From the NCBI RefSeq assembly GCF_009914755.1, contig NC_060925.1: a DNA stretch of 64,000 nt; one strand, written 5' to 3'. Source of the stretch: the human T2T-CHM13v2.0 reference genome, Homo sapiens. Position numbers and translations under genes: made by a program. The stretch's first letter is position 1. Each line of letters opens with the position of its first letter. This document shows positions 54,739-64,000 of the stretch, piece by piece. Below the pieces are notes generated by a model. It saw nothing but the letters and a program-made list of their open reading frames with translations, did no database searches and was not told where the DNA came from.

Positions 54739-55168
54739 TTAAGTATAATTTCCATTTTATTTTTCTCCAGAAGATAGCTTTTCTTCAGTCCTTAAAAACT
54801 CAGCTTCTTACACAGGCTTGGTAGTGGTTGTAGGGCAGCACCCGGAGGCCTAAAAATGGGTGTTTAGTCATTCCCAGCTTCATAAGAACAATTCCTGTCT
54901 ACCTTGCTATGGGTGGCACCACTCACACAGTAACGCAGTTTTACATACATCTTGGGAAGCGCATAGACATCAAAGACACTCCAGAAATAATCCCTGACAG
55001 CTGTAGCCTCTACTATGTTTCAAATGATGAACTTCTTAAAATGGCCTTGTCCTTGGGCACGCATCAGGCGCAGTTTATGCAGCAAATAGACAGCATGTGG
55101 CTGCAGCTCTTTTTGGCATGACCATTGTTCCTTCTTTATTTGTCATCTTGGAAGCAAGGACTGAAGAG
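54739..55168 (-). pseudogene. Processed pseudogene of ribosomal protein RPS26 (eS26)
   Basis: Minus-strand ATG at 55146 to TAA at 54808 gives a disrupted match to [50 protein letters not shown]. Pyrimidine 5' end, AATAAA at 54756-54761, and TSD CTGCC(C/T)TTCAATTTTT at 54723-54738 and 55169-55184. Confidence 0.92.
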
Positions 55169-56326
55169 CTGCCTTTCAATTTTTAAAACCACAGTCTTCT
55201 TTCCTGACATGTTCCTTAGACAGTGGCTCTCTCTCGCAGCACTGTTTTCTCACCCTGGGGCTTAAGAACATAACCTATCAATGTATTGGAAGAGAAATGT
55301 TTCTGAATAAGGACCAGGCCTTTGATCATTTTGTGAGATATTCATGGTCTCCTCTATCTGAAAGAGCAATGATAACATTATTTCCAAAACTGGAACTCAT
55401 GCATATTCACATCTCAAGTATACTAAAACTTTTCATTTTCTGGTGAAGAAATTCAATGTAGTGGTTAAAAGTGTGGGCTCTGTCTTAGTTCAAATCCCTT
55501 CTGTGCCAACTACCAGCTGTGTGATTTTAGGCAAATCAACTTAATCTTGTTGAACCTTGATTTCCTGTTCTATAAAATGTAGCCAATTATAGAGGATAGG
55601 CCAGGCACAGTGGCTCATGCCTAGAATCCCAGCACTTTGGGAGGCCCAGGTAGAAGGATCACTTGAGCCCAGGAATTTGAGACCAGCCCGGGCAACATAG
55701 GGAGACCTTGTCTCTACAGAAATATCAAACAGCCAAGTATGGTGGCACATGCCTGTGGTCCCAGCTACTTGGGGGGTCAAGGAGATTGAGGCTGCAGAAC
55801 TACGGACACATCACTGTACTCCAGATTGTGTGACAGAACAAGACCCTATCTCAGAAAAAAAAAAAAAAGTAGAGCATATCTATAGAGTTGTAGAAATAAA
55901 TAAGGTAAGGTGTGTTATATGCTTATAATAGCACATGGGACATAGGAAATCTTCAGTAAATGTTAGTCATTATTATCATTACCATTATTTATTGGCTATC
56001 CAGATATTGGAGAAAACTGAAATCGACCTTAAGACTGATTTGTGTAAAGCACAGTAAGTATTCAGTGAATGTTTATTGGGTAATAAAGACATGTCAAGTG
56101 TATATGGAGGCTTTATTGAATAGATTACCATTTTTCAAAAACAATGAAAGGTTTTAAACAGTTTATTTCAGCACCTCCTCAATGAACTGGAGCTCAAAGC
56201 CTTACCCTAGTGCCCTGTCTGGATGAGTGACACATAGCCAAATTATATAATAATGTTAATTATTTGAGGATATTGTATATAAACAAACATTTAGAAGTCA
56301 GTTTGCTGACCAAGTACGGAGGCTTA

Positions 56327-56617
<291 letters not shown>

Positions 56618-56877
56618 TCAGTTTGTTTAATTGTAGCTTTTGTCACCTCTAAGATTTAATCAGGAAAGTATTTAGTCAAAACTTACACTGCTGAGTAGTT
56701 TCATTAGGAGATGCAAATATGACTAAGCTATTACACCTGGTTCAGGGCTTGTAAGCATTCACTTTCAAACTACTGGACAGTCTAGAAAGCTTCATAAGAA
56801 AGATACAAAGTACTGGCTGGGCACAGTGGCTCACACCTGTAATCCCAGCACTTTGGGAGGGCAAGGTGTGTGGATCA

Positions 56878-57144
<267 letters not shown>

Positions 57145-58739
57145 CTAGAAAAGGGGAAAGAGCATCTCTTACTGCAGAATCAGAAGGGAGGACTTCATGA
57201 AATAAATGGCATTTATGGAGAACTCTAAAGGATGACTTTGCTTCCTACTTCGCAGAGCATTTAGGGTAATTGGATTCTGCTCAGATGTATTACTTTTCCC
57301 CAGGCCCAGAAAAGATTTTGTCCCCCTGCTATTCAACATTAATCTATTCAACCTTGCTTTAGATCTGGTCCTTCCCATCTTCCTCAGAGCCTTGCATGGA
57401 AGGATAATCTCAACGGGCACGATGGTGGCAACTTATGATGACCTTCCTTAAGCCTGGAACATGTTAACTCTCGAATTAAGAAAAATCAGTCACTATTACA
57501 GACCCCGAGAATTCCCTACTTAGTAGAGCTTAAGTTTAAGTAGAGACAGGCAATAAACACAATACCTAAGTAAAAATCCATAGTACTGTATATTAGAAGA
57601 TAACTAATGTGGAAAAAATAGGACAAGGTCAGGAAGATCAGTAGTGCTGGAAGAGTGCAGTGTTAAATAGGGTAGTAAGGGTAGATTTCACTGAAAAGGT
57701 ACATTTGCGCAAGGACTTGACTGAAGCAAGGGAGTGATCCATCCACATGGCTAGATAGAGGGAAGAATTTTCAAAAGAGAAAAGACAGCGGGTGGGCCGG
57801 GCCTGGTGGCTCATGCCTGTAATCCCAGCACTTTGGGAGGCTGAGGCGGGCGTATCACAAGGTCAGTAGATTGAGACCATCCTGGCTAACACGGTGAAAC
57901 CCCGTCTCTACTAAAAATACAAAAAATTAGCCGGGCGTGGTGGCGGGCGCCTGGAGGTTGAGGCAGGAGAATGGCGTGAACCCAGGAGGCGGAGCTTGCA
58001 GTGAGCCGAGATCACGCCACTGCACTCCAGCCTGGGAGACAGAGCGAGACTCGAGACTCCGTCTCAAAAAAAAAAAAAAAAAAAAAAAAACAGCAAAAAA
58101 CAACAACAAAAAAAACAGCTGGTGAAAAAACCTTGGCAGGAGCATGTCTGGTGTACCGGAGGAACCACAAGGAGGCTAGAGCATGATGAGATAAGAGGAG
58201 AGTGGAGGAGACCAGACGTAGAATAGCCGGGGAGAAAGCGAGCCAGGTAGGGGAGGGCTTTGTAGGCCATGGCAAGGCATTTGGTCTGTAATTCTTTTAT
58301 GATTTGTGCTTTTGGTCTTGATTTCTTCCTTATGAATCATAGATGATGAGGACTTAGAGGAGGAAAAGAAGAATTGTTAATTATCCTCTTTTTAAAAACG
58401 GAATTTATAGATTTTCATAAAGATGAAAATGTTCTATATGTAAATTTTTTTGAATATTTGTTTTTCTTTTTTCAGTTTTTAGTTTTTTGTGCAATTAAAA
58501 AAATATAATGTGAGATAGAGAACCTGATTTTTCTCATTTTGTTATTTTGGTTTTTTGGGTTTGTTGTTGGTTTTTTTTTGTTTTTGTTTTTTTTTTGTGT
58601 TTTTTTTTTTTTTTTGATACCAGGCTGCAGTGGTGTGATCTTGGCTGACTGCAACCTCTCCTCCCAGGTTCAAGTGATTCTCATGCCTCAGCCTCCCAAG
58701 TAGCTGGGTCTACAGGTGTGCGCCACCATACCCTGCCTA

Positions 58740-60110
<1,371 letters not shown>

Positions 60111-61693
60111 TTTTTTAAATTAGAGATAGGGTCTCGCTGCATTGCCCAGGCTGGTCTCGAACTCCTGAGCTCATGCAGTCCTCCTGCCTTGGTCTCCCAA
60201 AGTGCTGTGATTACAGGAATGAGACAACACACCAAGCCATATTTCCTCTCTTTTTAAAGACGTTTTAGAGACATGGTTTTGCTATGTTGATCAGACTGGA
60301 GTGCAATGGCTAGTCACAGGTGTGATCATAGTGCACTATAGCACTGAAATCCTAGGTTCAAGCGATTTTCCTGCCTTGGCATCCCGAGTAGCTAGGACTA
60401 TAGGTGCACACCACCACAGCTGGATGATGTTTCTTCTTTTAAAATAATATTTTAAATAGTAAAAATGAAGCTGTTAAAAAATCTGAAATGTAAATTTGAA
60501 CCCCTCTAAAGCTACTCTTTCATTTCACTTCCCTGTTTCAAAGAACAGTACCATTCAGCCTAAAATCTTAGGAGCTAATCTAGGCATTGCTCACAGCTGC
60601 TTGGTGACCAGATCCTGTCATTTTCAATATTGTCGTTGCCTCTCTATTCTTTCTTTGTTGCCTAATTATTCTCCATGTACCTGCAAGAGCAGAAAATTCC
60701 TTTGATTAAAATCTTTCAGTGATTCCCTAATCTGTAGCCTTCACAAATTTGAACTCCTTACTGTGCCCTATAAGGCCCTTCAAGATCTGGCCCTTCCTTC
60801 TCCAGCCTTGCAGGCCCTTCTTGTTGCACTCTACTTCCCACTGATTCGCCAGCAAATCAGTCATTCCTTGGGGCCTTTATTTAGCATTCCTCTCTTTGTC
60901 TAGCTGTCTAGCAGTTACTCATTTTTCCAGGCCCAGCCAAGCCTTATCTACCTCCATAATATATGTCCTAACTTCCAGATAGAGTAGACCGTTGAATCTT
61001 TGTACATCCTCCTATGCCATACAAACCTTAATCTTTTGAAATTGTGTATGGTCTTTATTCATTTATGTATTTATTTCATCTACTAGACTTGTATCTAGTA
61101 TCTTGAAGTTTGTGACTATTTTATTCACCATTGTATTCCTAACACAGTGAAGGTATTCAGTTCACGTATAATGATGAATAAACAAAAGAACAAGCAGACA
61201 GGCAATGATTGAGATAAAAGAGAAAGGGATTATTCCAAAAGGAAAATAATGAAAGCAAAAGCCTTGTTAACTGTTAATTTCATTATCTACATTGAGTCCT
61301 GGGTGGAGCCTTAGGGAACTCGGGAAATGATTCTAATGATTGTCTACTGATTGAGGGAAAAGATTCCCTGACCTGCAATCTTTTGCAAATTTGTTGCCTT
61401 TTTTTCTCTCTTTATGAAGAAGCTTTTTCTATTTTCCTCTCTTTGGGGATTTTCTTTCTTTTGAATTCATTTAGTCAGTTAATATTTATTGATTACTTGC
61501 TATATACCAGGCTCAGTGCTAGTGCTGGGAACTAGTTAGATAGAGCCTGTCTCTACCCTGGAGTATCTCTCTGGCTGGCTGGGGTACAAACATGTAAACA
61601 AACAAATATAGCAGTGATTTTCAAATATCTTTCCTAATTGTCTTGTCATGTTTTTCCACCATGAAACCCACCTTGTAAAGAAGATTGGCTGTT

Positions 61694-61932
61694 ATGTTCT
61701 CACTCATAGGTGGGAATTGAACAATGATAACACTTGGACACAGGAAGGGGAACATCACACACTGGGGCCTGTCGTGGGGTGGGGCCGGGGGGAGGGATAG
61801 CATTAGGAGATATACCTAATGTAAATGACGAGTTAATGGGTGCAGCACACCAACATGGCAAATGTATACATATGTAACAAACCTGAACACTGTGCACATG
61901 TACCCTAGAACTTAAAATACAATAATAATAAA
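61694..61932 (+). mobile_element. Severely 5'-truncated L1PA (3' UTR only)
   Basis: L1 3' UTR with G-rich tract and 17-bp TSD AAAGAAGATTGGCTGTT at 61677-61693 and 61933-61949. Confidence 0.95.
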
Positions 61933-62462
61933 AAAGAAGATTGGCTGTTTATTGGGGTTTTAACAGTTGTATTTGGCAAACAAAAGAATAACTGGAAGTA
62001 ACTGAGAATAGGATGCTGGAAGGAAATTGTCTGAGATGCCACTCTCCTGGTTTATTTACTACTGTCTTCCTCACTTTCAACTGTCAGCATTGAAGGATTG
62101 TATTCCTCAGTTAGGTAAAAAATATGACCAATTTATCTGCTTTAATTAGTTAGAAATTAGAAATTTAGGGGCCAGACACAGTGGCTCATGCCTGTAATCC
62201 CAGCACTTTGGGAGGCCAAGCTGGGAGGATCACTTGAGGCCAGAGTTTGAGACCAGCCTGGGCAACATAACGAGATCCTATCTCCAGAAGCAAATTTTAA
62301 AAATCAGCCAGGTGTAGTGGCATGCGCCTGTAGTCCCAACTACGAGGCAGCTGAGGCAGGATTATGGCTTGAGCCCAAGAGGTCGAGGCTACAGTGAGCT
62401 ATGATCATATCACTGCGCTATATTCCAGCCTGGGTGACAGAGGGAGACACTGTCTCTACAAA

Positions 62463-62465
62463 AAA

Positions 62466-62512
<47 letters not shown>
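62463..62512 (+). repeat. (TAAA)n microsatellite in an Alu tail
   Basis: About 12 perfect AAAT units. Confidence 0.95.
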
Positions 62513-64000
62513 GAAATTTAGGAAGTATATTCATCTCTACTGATTTTAAAGCAAAATTTAATTTTTTTTTTTTTTTTTTTGAGATAGGGTCTTGCTCTGT
62601 CTCCCAGGCTGGAGTGCAGTGATGCAATCTCAGCTCACTGCAGCCTCAGCCTCCTGGGCTCAAGTGATCCTCCCACCTCAGCCTCCTGAGTACCTGGGAC
62701 TACAGACAAGTGCCACCATGCCAGATTTTTTTTTTTTTTTTGTAAAGACAGAGTTTTGCCATGTTGCTCTGGCTGGTCTCAAACTCCTGGGCTCATGCAA
62801 TCCACTCACCTTGTGCTCCCAAAGTGTTGGGATTACAGGTGTGAACTACCATGGCTGGCTGCTAAAAGTAATTTCTTTAACTCCTTTAAAAATTTTTATT
62901 TTATGTATTTACTTATGAGATGGGGACTCAGTTTGTTGACCAGACTGGCCTTGAACTCCTGGCCTCTAGCAATCCTCCTGCCTCAGCCTCTCAAGTAGCT
63001 GGGATTACAAGTGTATATACCACCACACCTAGATCAAACTTCTTTTTTTTTTTTTTGAGACAGGATCTTGCTGTGTTACCCAGGCTGGAGTACAGTGTCA
63101 GATGGCAGGATCTTGGCTTCCTGGGCTCAAGCAGTCCTCCTACCTCAGTCTCTCTGGTAGCTGTGCCTGCAGTCACATGCCACCATGCCTGGCTAATTTT
63201 TTATTTTTTGTAGAGATAGGGTTTCACTGTGTTCTCCAGGCTGGTATTAAACTCCTGGACTCCAGCAATCCTCCCACCTTGGCCTTCCAAAGTGCTGGGA
63301 TTATAGGCATGAGCCACTGCGCCCAGCATACGAACCCATTTTTAAGTTGTCAAACATACACAAAAGTAGAGAGAAGAGCACCGTGAACATCCACGTAGTC
63401 ATCACCCAGCTTCAGTAACCTTCAGCCTCATGCTTTTCTTGTTTTATATCTCCCCCATCTTTTTTTGCAAGAGTATTAGGTAAAAATTTCAGACATATCA
63501 TTTTACTCATAAATATTTAAGTATATATCTTAACACATAAGGACTTTAAAATCATAACCATAATATTGATATCAGACCCACTGAAATTAATATTCTAATA
63601 GTGGGTGCATTTTTAAAATTCAAATGAATATGAAACAACCAGAGTCCAAGTAAAGGAACTTATACCATGTTCTAATTTACCAAGTAGGGGATAGTTTGGC
63701 TTTTAACCCCAAATGTAGTGGGATTTTTTTTTGTTATTTTAGCCAGAAACATTTAAAAATCATCCCATCATTGTCCCCTCTTTTAAAACAGAGTAACAAA
63801 GTAAGCAGAGTGAATGCTCTTAATTTATAATTTTATTTTCAGGGTATTTTACAATATACTGTGGGTGATGGGAATGAATATGTGTCCAGCAAAACTTGAT
63901 ATTTTCTTATATGATGAATATTTCCCATTTTATTTAAAAGGCAAAGCTGATGGGATATTCTTTGCATTATATTCTGAAAATAAAAATCAGAATCCCTGCT

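Noticed and set aside
57169-57420. 83-aa minus-strand ORF in unique sequence
   Set aside because: No recognisable homology, TSD, poly(A) tail or exon boundaries.

Overview
Primate (very likely human) genomic DNA, almost entirely intronic. It is dominated by about 70 Alu copies or fragments, several L1s, MaLR/ERV1 solo LTRs, MIR/L2 and DNA-transposon remnants. The only credible coding exon is at 10208-10318 (+), encoding MMEEISIMVAYDAHVFSQLHDEDFLTSLVAISKPRSM and ending in a phase-0 GT donor. I recognise this from memory as the alternative first coding exon of a short, TBC/GAP-less RABGAP1L isoform, which would place the window in a very long RABGAP1L intron. Candidate non-coding leader exons and promoter features lie upstream at about 7.1 and 8.2-8.4 kb. 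Two processed pseudogenes have clear target-site duplications. The TLCD4/TMEM56 retrocopy (24745-26121, +) appears to preserve a non-canonical, early-terminating transcript. The RPS26 retrocopy spans 54739-55168 (-). Other notable structures are an ERV1 LTR fused to an Alu through a 14-bp microhomology (a probable multi-kb deletion scar), templated fold-back insertion scars, nested LTRs and tightly spaced inverted Alus. Nearly all ORFs in the supplied track are repeat-derived artefacts. I found no prokaryote-type system, CRISPR array, tRNA or rRNA. Repeat subfamily names come from recalled consensus sequences, and boundaries not pinned by a TSD are approximate.
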